Assembly (NCBI GenBank): GCA_000934665.2
Contig: KZ538698.1
Coordinates: forward strand, 1 to 64,000
Length of the DNA: 64,000 bases
Direction: 5' to 3'
Source: Catajapyx aquilonaris
Taxonomy: Eukaryota
The stretch's first letter is position 1, and the number at the start of each line of letters is the position of its first letter. This document shows positions 40,501 to 52,683 of the stretch, one piece after another. The position numbers and the translations under genes are program-made. Under the pieces are notes generated by a model. That model did no database searches. It was not told the origin of the DNA and was given only the letters and a program-made list of their open reading frames with translations.

Positions 40501-42399
40501 ATGGATTCATGTGGTACTCATATCTACCGAGAATTTGTCGGTTGGTAAAGTGTGGATTGGACAGCATTGTCTGTGTAAAGATGGTGGCATCCATTCAGAC
40601 ATTCACCAAGGGGAATGGTGTTATTCAGTTGCGTGCATGGCCTTAGAATACTTAGGTCTGGTCACTCCCTCTTATCACCTGAGGAGGTGTTTTGCGGGAG
40701 GTGCTCACTTGAGAGCGCCTGTCTCTGATGTAAATACATGTGGCGACCCTACCGGACTGTGCTGAACTTCAGTAGAAGGGAAGAGTCTGTCAAAATTAAG
40801 AATCTCATATAAAAAGTTCCAGGTGTCACAGCTCCATTGACTGGCGTGTCAGTGGCACTTCTCTCAGACTAATTATTTTACCATTCTGGAATATTAATTT
40901 TACGCAGCTTGTAGAAAAGTGATTGCAAGCTACAGTAGAGTACATGGCAGATTCATATAGTGCAGTGGCCACTGATATAGTGTGTGCATTCACCAATATA
41001 TTTCGATAGGTTTTGTGTTACATGCCCAAACCCCATCAACAGTTCTCTTCTTGGTGTACAGTGTACACCAGAAAGAGCCCTGCCATTTAGGCACTGCTAC
41101 TATATGACTAACACTCCACCTCTTGGAAAACTTTCTTAACTTATGGGTACCATCAAGTCTTAACTATTGCTCTCAAACAGCACCTCCAAATGGCTGGTGT
41201 AAAAAAATTAATATCACTGTTTTCGTATTCATTTGATCCATCCTTGTACTCTTAGACTGAATTGCACAATCACTGGTTTTGCTCAAAAGCCCGGGGTTAC
41301 CATTGTTATTAAATCACATGATGCCTCCTTTCCCTGCTCGGAAAGTGAGGGGGTGGGTTCACAAAAACAGTCAGTGAGATGGTGGTAGCACGTGCCATCT
41401 GCTGGTGGAAGTCTTCATTTCCATCCACAAAAACTTAAGGGAAAGAAAACGTAAAAACCTGTAGTAACAGGGTTGTTTACACCACCCTTACAGACTGGAC
41501 TTGTGCCCCTGATAAGAAAAAATAGCTGTATCGTGCATATTTTAAGGTAGGAAGAGCAGGCTTAGATCAGCCCATTTCTTTATGGTATGCCATTGGGATC
41601 ATGCACAACATGTGAACTGACAATTTACATTTTCAAAGCTTGTGAAAAGCTGTCATGATGATTAATTATTAGTATCAGCAGTTACTTTTCACTTGTCTTT
41701 TGCTGTGGGTGCAGCTATGTCACTGATAGGAGCACTCATTGTGGGGAGAATTCAGGAGCAGAATCGTGATTCCACATTGAATGGGTTAATTTCAGTGGTA
41801 ACCCCAGGGTTTCAACCTAAACATGCGATGGTTTAACCTGGCCTTTGAGAGGGGAGACGGAGTGGCACCGCGGTAACGCGCGCGCCCACGGAAGTTAAGG
41901 TCCCGGGTTCAATCCCCACCCGGGGTTCCCACCTTCTTTCGTGCAGAGTTGGGCCATCTCTGGCTTCGTTTCGGGTGGCAATTTCCGATAGACTAAGCCA
42001 CCCGGGGGAGTTCACAAAATGACGATTAGAGACATTGCACTTGCACTTTGCACATCCCCTCCCACCCACCCTTGGAGTACACTAATTAAGATTCTTCTTA
42101 AACTCGCTCCAAAAACAAATTCCAATGGTGGTAACCCACCCCCCCTAAGGAGTAGCATAACTCCCCCCGTGGGGTAATGAAAAAAAAAAAAAAAAAAAAA
42201 AACTGGCCTTTGAGAAGCAAGCATAGCCTGACTATCATGACTTGCAAGTGTCCCTGTTGAACAAGATAGCTCTGATACTGCTAAAGTTAATCCCATAGAT
42301 GTCTAAATCTGTATTCTCTCCTTGCCAGGTTTTCAACCTTTTGATCTGGAGGCCTGGTGGGGAAAGCGATTGTTCCAGAACCTCACACAGTCCACTTAA
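31515..42399 (+). CDS. MCRIP1: MAPK-regulated corepressor-interacting protein (FAM195 family), 6 exons, 145 aa
   Basis: Exons 31515-31566, 31791-31872, 38102-38217, 40034-40093, 40180-40236, 42329-42399 give MYALNKAPRKIVAKTRRG...TPQHEELIKYVYGSWNKV...FQPFDLEAWWGKRLFQNLTQST*, typical FAM195 motifs. MCRIP1 versus MCRIP2 cannot be resolved. Confidence 0.92.
32031..32142. mobile_element. Short PIF/Harbinger-type MITE
   Basis: GGCCTGGTTCACATGTGGCCACTTT...AAAGTGGCCATGTGTGCACCTGGCC with TGA/TAA flanks. Confidence 0.55.
32210..32479 (-). mobile_element. Lm1-like tRNA-derived SINE fused to a body segment of the 52684-type SINE
   Basis: Homologous to 37570-37846 and 55309-55620. Minus strand of 32210-32270 matches TCTGACCTGCACC...GGTGTCTGGCAAC of the 52684 SINE. 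Confidence 0.7.
32480..33190. mobile_element. Foldback MITE with piggyBac-type right end
   Basis: ~340-bp inverted arms; right end GAAGGGG|TTAA; left terminus missing at the SINE junction. Confidence 0.75.
33710..34050 (+). mobile_element. 3' fragment of R1-like LINE
   Basis: GLGWPC-coding segment homologous to 62640-62720 (-) and 48150-48240 (-). Confidence 0.55.
34061..34450 (+). mobile_element. Possible Helentron/DINE-1-like element
   Basis: T-run, then hairpin AAGGGC-GATA-GCCCTT, a (CTT/GTT) microsatellite and a CCAAATTTTG motif. Right boundary approximate. Confidence 0.4.
34595..35024. mobile_element. pogo/Tigger-type MITE
   Basis: TA|CAGTTGAATCCGGATATAACA...TTGTATCCGGGTTCAACAG|TA with CTATAACAG subrepeats. 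Confidence 0.75.
35036..35800. mobile_element. Degenerate relative of the 32480 foldback element with an internal ~165-bp direct duplication
   Basis: TTAA|CCCC start; shares CCGGCCAACT...GCTGATTTAATTATGAAAT; 35147-35311 is repeated at 35501-35659. Confidence 0.6.
35875..36668. mobile_element. MITE with ~140-bp TIRs
   Basis: GATCAAACACTTTCCCTTCAG...CTCAAGCAATT is mirrored at 36527-36664. Confidence 0.8.
37570..37846 (-). mobile_element. Lm1-like tRNA-derived SINE
   Basis: ACCGAAGCAG head, degenerate A/B boxes; flanked by ACAAAAAA(A)TAATAAT repeats. Confidence 0.8.
38443..39757. mobile_element. Long foldback element (arms ~475 bp) in MCRIP intron 3
   Basis: 38443-38918 is the diverged reverse complement of 39275-39757. 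Confidence 0.85.
38923..39207. mobile_element. Nested TTAA-flanked (piggyBac-type) MITE
   Basis: TTAA|CCCTTAACTAGTGACC...GGTCACCAGTTTTAAGTG|TTAA with two CCTGGGGTGTT-AAAGACCCCAGG hairpins. Confidence 0.75.
41851..42202 (+). mobile_element. tRNA-derived SINE (family A2) with poly(A) tail
   Basis: Near-identical to 13658; TSD CTGGCCTTTGAGA (41838-41850, 42203-42215). Confidence 0.9.
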
Positions 42400-43824
42400 G
42401 GTGCAGCTAGTAGGCAAAAATAATGTGCAAATAATAAATTTAGCTGGCAATTTTTCTTCAGTTTCGTTGGAGAGAATATTCAAAAGTGTGTGTCTAGTAC
42501 AGTACTTTATTTTTTTAACTCTCTGCCCTGGAGCCCAGTCAAGCAATTAGTATTGTCAGATTATGTTTTGCCAGTGAAAGGTAGGCAGTGACACAAGTCA
42601 GGTGCCATGTGATGACCAGAGAGAACAAGAAGAAAATTTCAGGCATTCAGGGTACTTTTACTTCATAGCGGTAAACTTGAATCGCAGCATTCCATACATA
42701 GGTCCTATGTATTACCAGACTACTTGTGGCCTGTGAAACCAAGACCTTCAAAATTAAGTGGCATAGATTGTTCTCATGCCCCCTTGATGTGAGGTCATTC
42801 TCATCAGAATATTAGAAGGAACACTGACAGGTAGCATTTTCTTTCTTATTGCAATGCATCAGTACAAAGAAGTTGCATCTTTGCAGTTGACCTGAGATCC
42901 AAGTCATGTGTTCTTCTAGACTGATGAGCATGCCAGTTGGTGTGACTGCACAACACCAAGGGCCAGTTCAACTACGATCTCAAGAATTAATGTGCCCGCC
43001 ATGTGTTTTGCACTGATGAGTACATGAGCCATGACTTGACTGAATGTTTTTACAGGTGTTGTCGAGATAGTTAATATGAAACATTCATAAGCTGCTTAAC
43101 ATCTTGTTAAGCAAAATAAAACTAAGGATGTTCATAACTTGTGAAAGTAGAGTTCCATGTTGTAGGTGAACTTCAATCATGAAGCCGTACTTAAGCATTT
43201 AGTAGAAGTCAGTTAATAGTTGAACTTTTATACACTTGCTATGGTATGTGATGAGTGATAATTGGTTTTATCAGAAATAATAAATTCTAGGTCTTTAGTT
43301 AAGGATATGTTCAAACTTGCACTCCACCCTATTGGTGCTTCCTTATTCAAATCGAAATCAGTGCATCCAATGTATCTTGTTTATATATTTTGTGATGAAA
43401 TTCATGCCTGTCGCTTCAAGTTAATGAAATGGTTTTTGTAAAATTTGTGTAAAATATTGCATGTCATGGCTAGCTGTGCAAGAAGAGTAATGTACTCATG
43501 GAGTACTGGATACATGAAAGAGAGGCTAGTAACCTTGCTTCATAAAGCCAGTGCCCTTGTTGTCTTGGGTGCAACCACCCATTTTCTTTAAGAAATAAAG
43601 TGGTTGTTGTGATTGTCATTGTTGCATTGTATTGTGCATTTTGCTACAGCAATTTGATTTGCAGGGTAAAAGCTTCGGAGTTTAGCACAAGTGGAAACAA
43701 CTAGGGGAAAACTAAAGCAGAACTTCTATAACTAGAAGATCCATAAGTTGAAGAAATTAAAGCAATGGGTCATCACAGTGTGAAGACGTAGAAACTCAAC
43801 TTCCAGAAGTCAGATTTCTATATA

Positions 43825-43990
43825 CAGTAAAACCTCGATATAACGCTCTTGTGTATAATGCTTTCCCGCTTTTAATGCCTCTTTTTCCCAGTCCTGTGAT
43901 CGTTTCCATTAGGTAAATTTTCCCACATGTCCGGCTTATAACGTTACTTTTGGGCGGTCCCTTGAAGAGCGTTATATCGAGGTCTTAGCG
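43825..43990. mobile_element. pogo/Tigger-type MITE
   Basis: TA|CAGTAAAACCTCGATATAACGCTCTT...AAGAGCGTTATATCGAGGTCTTAGCG|TA. Confidence 0.7.
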
Positions 43991-44104
43991 TATCATAAGT
44001 TCTTTCTCCATAACCCAAACTATAAGAAACAATTTACTCTAGAATATTGTTATGCAAAGGGCAAGTTTCCACTGCATCTGGCTTTGTTGTAAATGGGTTT
44101 CCCT

Positions 44105-44480
44105 GTACAGTACCACCTCTACTTTCTTCCATGACTGGCCTCGCACTAACAGCATTTGGTCATCGGCAAAGGCCTGAGAATCCACCATGGCACCTCCCAC
44201 CATCCGGACAATCCTGAACCAGGAATCCATCCCTAGATTCCATAGACATAGAGTGGGGCCCATTCTGGAGCCCTGGGGGCAGCCCCTTGTCATAGTGAAG
44301 CTGTAATCCGGCAGAATCATCTCCCTCGGGCCCACGAAGCTCTCCACCATCCTCGCCAAACCACGGGGACAGTCCTTCTCCACCACACACCTCATCAGCT
44401 TACCGTGTAGAATGCTGTTGAATGCATTACAGACATCCACAGATAGGACTTGTGCATTTTGAAGAGCAGGGGAAAGATTT
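44105..44480 (-). mobile_element. Non-LTR retrotransposon reverse transcriptase fragment (R1/LOA-like)
   Basis: AFNSILH, GCPQGSRMGP..LWN and AFADD RT motifs. Confidence 0.85.
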
Positions 44481-44963
44481 TTCATCCCACCAATGTTGGC
44501 CTAATAGCATTGACTGTTGCTCTAGAAATAAAGTATTTGTATTGGTGAATTTTGTTAAGGAGAAAAGGGAACACCCAAGTAGTTGTACAAGTAGTTGTTG
44601 GCAACTTGTAGCAGTCGCTGAGTCGGTCCTTCCAAAAAAAATTGCACGGTTCATCTTTTCCTGGAAGTCTGCTTCCTTTGTGAAAAATAATCACTTAAGT
44701 TTTTTCCATGTTTACTTGTAAGCCATTGCTCTCTAATAAGCAGTTTAGTGGCAACAAATAATAGCCATATTAGTCGGACAAGCATTTTGGATCATTCTGT
44801 ATGTGTCACCTGGAACAAATGGGTTAATTGAGAAAGAGATTACAGCACACTACAACAAATTGAGTGAAAAAAATGTAACTGGGAATGCAGGAAATATCCC
44901 ATGCATCAAATTATTACGGCATCATGTTCTGTAGCACACCTACCCTGAAATTGAACTTTCACT

Positions 44964-45217
44964 GGGGCGACACGGTGGCGGAGTGGTTAGCGCCGCAGCC
45001 TTCCACCTCTAAGGTCCCGAGTTCGATTCCCGGGTCGGACGGAGGATACGTATGTGGATAGAGTTTCGATGGGTTCTCTCCATGTTCGCGTGGGTTTTCT
45101 CGGGGTTCTCCCGTTTCCTGCCACTATCAAAATCCATCACATTACAGGCAAATGATTAAAGTCGGGTATTCAAAAGATGATCCCCTAAGAGGCCCAAGGG
45201 GCCTATCACGGGGTATC

Positions 45218-45275
<58 letters not shown>
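44964..45275 (+). mobile_element. tRNA-derived SINE with V/Meta-like central domain and (TTA)n tail
   Basis: A box TGGCGGAGTGG, B box GAGTTCGATTCC, core GTTCTCTCCATGTTCGCGTGGGTTTTCTCGGGGTTCTCCCGTTTCCTGCCAC; TSD ATTGAACTTTCACT. Confidence 0.85.
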
Positions 45276-45278
<3 letters not shown>

Positions 45279-45346
45279 GAACTTTCACTGGGCCAGAATT
45301 TCAATAACACACATTCTGATGGAGCAGTTGAACTGCAACATAGATA

Positions 45347-45896
45347 CAGTAAGTAGCCGTTTTATGCCGTTCCATTTTACGCCGTTTCACATTAATGCTG
45401 GTTTGAAAATAACATTATTTTGACAATTTTTTAATAGAAAATGGTTGAAAAATTTGAAGATGACAGCACAATCTAAACATAAACACAGTCACACTGCGAC
45501 ACTTCTGAGTCCAAACACACAACATAAAGGCTCTTTTTTTGTTTTTCGTGGTGCTTTGTGGCGGGGTCTATCAATAAATACAGTACCGTATTGTTGGTCT
45601 CGGCACTCATTGAAGTATTCTAACTGTTGTTAAATATCTTTTCCGTAGAAGGGAAAAGAGCACTCAGAACTTGATGATCCTCAACCTGGAACCTCCCATT
45701 AAATGTGTGTAATAAATGTTTCAAATATTGAGCATTAAAAACAGCAATATTATTTCTATTTATGGAAAAATTGTGGAAATCTTGGAACCTATCTCATTTA
45801 CTTACATTATAAAAATTTTTGTCTTGCGTTAAGCCTTTTCACTTGACGCCGCTATGTTGCTGGAACCAATTAAAGGCGTAAAATTGGTATTTCCTG
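45347..45896. mobile_element. Degenerate Tigger-type MITE
   Basis: TA|CAGTAAGTAGCCGTTTTATGCC versus GGCGTAAAATTGGTATTTCCTG. Confidence 0.5.
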
Positions 45897-45957
45897 CACT
45901 GACATTGCAATGCTAACTTCTAAAAATGTCAATGATGGAACTAACAATTATTATTAA

Positions 45958-46839
45958 CCCTGTAGCGGGCATTGTTGCCTGAGGGCAACAATTAATTTGC
46001 GCAGGCGCCATAAGCTTCAACATTGGTCCTGGAAACCACAGTGTGGCTTGATGTCACCGTTAGTTTCTTAGCTTCCGCTGGATGACATGCAATGTTGACA
46101 ATGTTACGATCGGGATATGGTATGAAGCGGAGAGAAGCCAAGGTCGTTGAAAATGGCGCGAAATTTGAATTTGCTGAAGCAGCAATTGTTTCTGGAGCTG
46201 ATTAGATATAGGTGCAGATATTAAATATCCAATTGCATGTGTAACACTGCAAGAGTAGCTCTCTCGTCGCCATTTGAGGCCATTCTAATTTTGCCAGCAC
46301 AATTTCATCACAATTTTTTGGCGGCGCAGGCACATATATTGCTTGAGGTTTGAGTCCTAAGTCATTGTACTATTTTTATTCGAAAATGGAAATATGTACA
46401 GATATGACCATTACTACGTTTTAAAGGCCCGGCGATTACAATTTGGACTGGAATATAGATGGCCCAGAGATCTCAAGGGGAGCCGGTAAACGACAGGGGA
46501 TCGTGACCCCCCACCCCGAGCTGCATGAGACGGTGGAAGGGTGGGGGTTATGATCGCCTTTAGTTATCTGGTCCCCTTTGCGATATGGATGCCATCTATT
46601 TATCAGATGAAATTGTAATCACCGGACCTTCAAAACTTAGCAAAGATCATCTCTGTATGTGTTACCATTTTTGAATAAAAAAATACTCGCCTTGACTTTT
46701 GACTCACCCGGTGTAACTTCAAAGTCATTGGGTCAGAGATGACCAAAACATAATAAAAACCATCCTTACGTCGCATATGATGAGAAAAAGGCGTTAGAAT
46801 TTTTTTCTTCCCACAATCCTAAATTGGTGCAGTACAGGG
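45958..46839. mobile_element. TTAA-flanked (piggyBac-type) non-autonomous element with internal diverged palindrome 46372-46683
   Basis: TTAA|CCCTGTA...TACAGGG|TTAA. Confidence 0.7.
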
Positions 46840-47859
46840 TTAACGGTCGATGACACCAGTACTTCACTGGGTCTTTAGAGAAGCTTATTTTGTTGGAAAA
46901 AAAACTGGTGCTTATTCAAAACCAGCTTAATGATTTCTTAATTAACCCTCACTTATGCAAGTGTGCCCACCCAACACTAACTGTATGCAACCCCATGAAC
47001 AGATGAACGAGTCACTCAGGCACCAACACAAGAGGAAGGCATTCACCAGTCCCACCAACCAGCAATAACAGTTAAGTCTCTTGATACATCCACTGGACTC
47101 TTTCTTACTATGGGAATTGCTTATGTCATATGGTAAACCCCCTCCATGAGAAATCAATGTTTTTGTTTTTAATACCTTGTGATAGGGCTTGAGAAATCAA
47201 TGTTATCAAAAGGACTGTCCTTACTACCTCAACTTGCCACCATTACTTGATTCCATCACATAATTATTAACTCAATACTGTCATTTGAAAGGACAATCTT
47301 CTGCAATACAACATGTTCATTTTGACAAGCCCCTCATCCATCAGAAAGGTATATGCAGCAAGCACATTTCAGTAATTTATGGCTGTGTTACATCAGTAGG
47401 CAGCCTGGTACTGTACTTGTGCACAAGTTTCTGAACTCGCTGGGAGCATGGAAACCAGTGAAGCTTCTGAGACCTAATGTTAGGATGCATCCTGGTCGCA
47501 CCGAGAACTGCCCCCTAAACCCAGGAGTAGTTTGATGTCACAGGGGAAGAAGAAGGATCTTCAGAATGTAGGAATACCTTCCAGATAAGCACCGGCAGTT
47601 CTACTTTGATTTGTGTCATAAAATTATGAGCCATAATGTCATAACAGTCATGAAATAAAATTTTACACGACTACCTCCAATGGCAGTTACCTCCTTTTTT
47701 GCTGACGGGGTCAACCTCTTTTTCTTTCTTCATCTATGTATTTGGAATGCCACACACTTGTAACTTCTTGACACTAACAGAGTTTATTGGGCGATATAGC
47801 CTATAAAATACCCTCCACCCATTCCTACAGGGATAACAAAAACACCATAAAAATTAAAA

Positions 47860-49020
47860 TGTTTGGTTCTCTGCCTCAGTCCCAGCACTCGTCCAACCCC
47901 ACAGCGCCAGGCCCTGAACCACCAGCCCTGTCTTCTTTTTCATTGTCTGGTATCGTCACCAGTTCGTCTCCCCAAGCGCTAGTGCACCTCGTCCTGAGCC
48001 ATCACTGCCAGCCCAAACAGCTCCATCATGTCTCGAGTCGTCGCTCTCTCCCGGCTAGGAGACATCGGGCTCCACATCCTGTCGTTGCCCCCAGTTGCGG
48101 CCGGCATTCAGCTCAGTTAGAAGATGGTTAGCCACCAGGGAAAAGTTGTTAAAGATAGGCAGCATCGTGGCGGTGACCAGAGCCTCCCTAGAGCAGGGAC
48201 ATCCAAGCCTCTTTGACACAGCCGTACATCGTAACATCCTGCGTGCTTCGGCTATTTCAGGTAGGGAGCAGTCTCATATGATGTGCACAGCTGATTGATT
48301 GCCCCTCTTGCATTGACACCTCATCCCTGACGGATCATCCTCTTCTTCCTGTCCCCCATCTGCTCTTCTTCCCAGATGGAATCGGCCGAGGTAGGTTTTA
48401 TATGGTCCATGACCCTATATCAACCTTGCCAGATGGCCATGGATATGTCTCCGGGTCGATACAGTAGGGAAGAACGCAAAGTACCACGAGTCCCTCTGCC
48501 GCTCCCACTCACTCTGCCAGGTATCCACCGCCATACACATCGCACGTCGTCGCACTCCCACGGGGAATCCGGGAGGAATCGACGTCCCACCATGACCATG
48601 AGTGTCATCACCTTCTTGGCCTTCTCGTCAGCAAGCTCATTCCCCAACCTTAGTTCCCTGATGCCCCTTCACCCAGCATAGGCCAATCTCTCGTCCAGCA
48701 CTCTTCAGGACCCTCTGTGCGTGCAGGGCTGGTGCCAAGGTGGAACGGGGATTCACCACCATCTGTAGAGCCGACAGGAAGTCCGAGACCACCCAGACAG
48801 GTCGTCTCGAACCAGAGGCCGCGGCCATCTCCACCGCTTGGACGATCATTTCCAACTCAATGTCGAAGATCCCCATTTGAGTAGCAAAGGGGAAGGTGTC
48901 GCAAGCGACAACCCGCAATCCAGCATCCATGGTCACCACTGCTCCTCCAGTGCCCCGCTTCATGACCAAACTGTCCGTGAAATAGAGGTGGTCCACTCCG
49001 ATTGGCGTCCCATCCCTTGA
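47860..49020 (-). mobile_element. R1-like LINE relic: RNase H plus C-terminal CCHC region, frameshifted
   Basis: YFTDS, ELEMI, VSDFLSALQ, WVKGHQG, GNELADEKAK motifs; C-x-C...H...C downstream. Confidence 0.8.
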
Positions 49021-50493
49021 CACTTAACTTCTTGACACTGTGCCACTCTTTCTGCTCATTCATTCATGCTACTTGCTTTAGCCCTTGCTTTAACAATTTT
49101 GTGTTCGGTAAAAGCAATAGCATAAATAAATGTCTTCCCTGAAAACTACGATTTTGGCAGTTACCTCCTTATTGCCCTGTGCCCTATATATTCAAATAGG
49201 ACCTGTGCATAAACATATGGTGAGTTGGACCATGATGTGCTAATCAATTTCTTTTGTGCACACTAATTGTTTTAAGAGGGCAGTCACTCAAACATGGGAT
49301 TAAGGAGTTGGATTTGTGTCCCTTTGAATAGAGTCCAATTGTTGAGTTCAGAATGGCTTGTGTTGGATCTTGTCTGTAATCATTGTACACTCACCTTTGA
49401 ATAATTTTTTTTTAAAGCTCTTCTCACATATTACAACCATTTCCATGGAAATATGACCTTAACCCTCCAGCTTAATATCTCTCCTCTTCATTATCACCTG
49501 CATTTAGTACCATTCTTCCATGTGTTTGGAAAGGTGTCCAAAAGGCTGGGGAGAAAATGTGACATATTTTATTCCTTACAAAAATACAGTCTGTTTGTCG
49601 ACCAACAATAAATAATACCTCGATCGAGTCTAGAGAAGGCACAAGTTCGTTCAACAAAATAAGTACCCGAAGAATAATTTTTTGTTTAAATCTATGAAAA
49701 TGAAATGGTCATTTTCTTTGAACTGGAAACTGACTAGCTTTAGTACAAAATGAGATTTAATGTACTGTACAATATGTTCTTTGACAATATTATCTAGGTC
49801 CTAGGATGTGCAGTGAAATAGGGAACCTTATTCACAAGTTTCACGCTAATATCACTAGAAATAATGCGGACTAAAATTTACTGTTCCACAGATATCACAA
49901 CAAAAAATTATTTTGGTCAAAGACAAAAGCAATCATTGGACAGCTCTTTATTAACACTTCTTTAGCATGTGTTACATAAGTGCACCAAAAAATTAACTGT
50001 CTTATTATAGTAATATATTCCTCTCTTGAGACAATTACCATTCAATACGGTATTGGACACAAGGTTAACTAAAACATGCCAAGAAAATCAGATAAATATG
50101 AAAACCAGAATGGCAACTGCCTAACAACTTGCAAATACACAAACTAACAAAATTCAAAGAAGGTCTGTTCTGGATTCACTGAACATCCAAGTGGTGGCCT
50201 TCTCATGGGGGCATCTGCTTTGAAGAATACGCTACACAACAAAGAGGAATAATGGGTTATTTATATGAATTACCATTGAATCACTTCATTAGAAATGGTC
50301 TACAGTTTATAGAGGCCGGTAATCTGGCCAAGTAATCAGGACCTGTTATATTGGGACAAAATACAACTGCCAAGGAAAACACATTGGCAGATACCTGTGC
50401 ATGAAACTTCAAAGGTGGAATGTTCCACAGTTGGAACACTAAGTTCGTGAGAAATTTGATCTGGCGTTCGACCGATGCTTCTGACTTGGGACT

Positions 50494-50618
50494 GTAGTAG
50501 TAGTAGGCTACTAGTGATAGTAGTAGTAGTAGAAGTGGTAGTAGTAGTAGTAGAAGTGGTAGTGGTAGTAGTAGTAGTAGTAGTGGTAGTAGTAGTAGTA
50601 GTAGCAGTAGTAGTAGTA
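50494..50618. repeat. Imperfect (GTA)n microsatellite
   Basis: Directly visible. Confidence 0.9.
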
Positions 50619-51363
50619 CAGTTGAATCCGTACATAACAGACTTCAAGGAACTGCGTCTATTTTAACCTAGGTCTGTTAGCCAAATCACCACTTTTTCAG
50701 CGAAAACACAAAGTTTTCTACCTTCCATAGGACTATAATGCACACTACTGCATACTGATTATATTAATGAAACTATCCATGAAAATGCAAAGTTAGCTCA
50801 CCCGAAAATGCAGGACCAAAAAACCCATAATTTTCTTTTGTGGTCTCCTTGTTGCCAAATACTGGATACCAGAAAAAGAATTACATATTTTGACTCTTTC
50901 TACAAGTGTAAAGAGCACCTCTGAAACTTGCATGAAATTTTGGCCCCCTTCGTCGGAATAACTGCCTCTTTCAGGAATGGGCTCAGGTATAGTGTGCCAA
51001 ACCCTATAGGAATCAAAGTCAGCTCTGTGACCCATGACAAACGATAGAAAACATTGAACAGAGCACATGTGTGGTGGAAAACTTTCCAGTAGAAAGCTTA
51101 GTGTTAGATCAGTGACATGTGGGAAAATTACCCCCGCTCCAGTATGCAGTGCCTTCCTCGTGTGGAAAATGAAGCTGAGTAATCAAAAGCACCATATTTT
51201 TCCAGAAGAAGCAAGACATGGTATGATGCGAAAAATGAGTCTGTTATTTCAGGAGTAAAAATACACAGGGCCTTATGGAAGTATGCTGGGACTGGCCTTT
51301 TGCATCTGTTATAACTGAAAGTCTGTTACAGCAGAGGTCGTTAAGTAGCTACAGATTCAACTG
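50619..51363. mobile_element. pogo/Tigger-type MITE
   Basis: TA|CAGTTGAATCCGTACATAACAGAC...GATTCAACTG; related to 34595. Confidence 0.7.
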
Positions 51364-51471
51364 TTTTTCAACAGTTTTGAGGTTTTCATATCAGCAGAAA
51401 CTGTTTAATATTCATTGGGAAAACATTACACAGTTTCTGCTGATATGAAAAACCTCAAAACTGTTGAAAAA

Positions 51472-51831
51472 CAGTTGAATGTGTACATAACAACCTCTGC
51501 TGTAACAGACTTATACTGTACGTGTCTTATTGAGTTTGTACCCTCATCTTTCCTCTACATACCCATGTGCATATCACAACGATTACTTTATCTGTTACAA
51601 AAATATTTACATTTAAATATGTCACAAAGTCACCCGGCTATGAGGGGTGATTTTGTGAGGCAACTAGGCAAAAATGGTCTGTTATTGCCGAGGTGAGGTA
51701 AAAATGAGTCTGTTATTATGTCAGGAGAAAAAATACACATGGCCTTATGGAATTATGCCGGGACAGGCCTTTCGAGTCTGTTACAACCGAAAGTCTGTTA
51801 TAACTGAGGCTTTTATATCTGGAGTCAACTG
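51472..51831. mobile_element. pogo/Tigger-type MITE, second copy
   Basis: CAGTTGAATGTG...GGAGTCAACTG|TA; 51700-51831 directly repeats 51230-51363. Confidence 0.7.
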
Positions 51832-52683
51832 TATTATGAGAAACATTCGGTCAATTTTTCGCCCCCTTTTCGTTCAAGACCTTAACTTTGTGAAGTCCTC
51901 AGAGGCCAATTTTCTTGGGCTAATTTTTTATTGTTATAATTTCAAGTTGTACAGTACCCAAAGGGACCGGATCACAGGTGAAAACTTTAAATTATATTCG
52001 TGGACTGACTTTGTGACAAGATGATGCTGTCACAAAGTCACCCCGCAAAACTATGAAATTATCCCAATACCCCCCCTTCATATCTTCCACAAAACAGGTT
52101 CAATCTTGCATCATCTTTGATCATTTCTTAGCCAATGTATCTATCTTTTAAAAAAATTACATGTTTTACTCTCTTCGCACCTGTGCCAGTTGTTATTATA
52201 AGGAAATTAGTCGAAGGTAGAGACAACAATCCTCACAGTGTACAGACTTGGAATGTGACTACCAACAATGCATGAGGTACAGGAGCTTTCGCAGCTGGCC
52301 TCTAGGTGATACTACATACCTGCTTTCCTGCTCCTCTGCCTCCCTTATCAACCGATTAAATACATCTCTCATAGTGGGCCCTCTGGCAGTCTGCACTTCT
52401 TGGGAGAAGCTGGCGCTGCCCACGCTTGAAGCTGTCATGTCTATATTCATGGACCACGTGGTTCTCATGAGTGACACAAATGAAACCGTGAGTCTGGAGA
52501 ACTCGAAGGAAATCACTGGCGCTGCTGATCCCGTACATGCTTAGGTACTGCTCCTGTATGAAAAATTACAAATGACACCTGTCATATACACCAGTAGGTT
52601 ACTTGTATACACCTGATCCATCCTGAAGAGATGCTGCAATGAGTTACAGTATCAATTCCTCTCTCAATTAAATAAGGAATTGC

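Noticed and set aside
50154..50490. Possible downstream exons of the HSF-like gene
   Set aside because: Splice sites are plausible but the phases give an early stop and there is no homology support.
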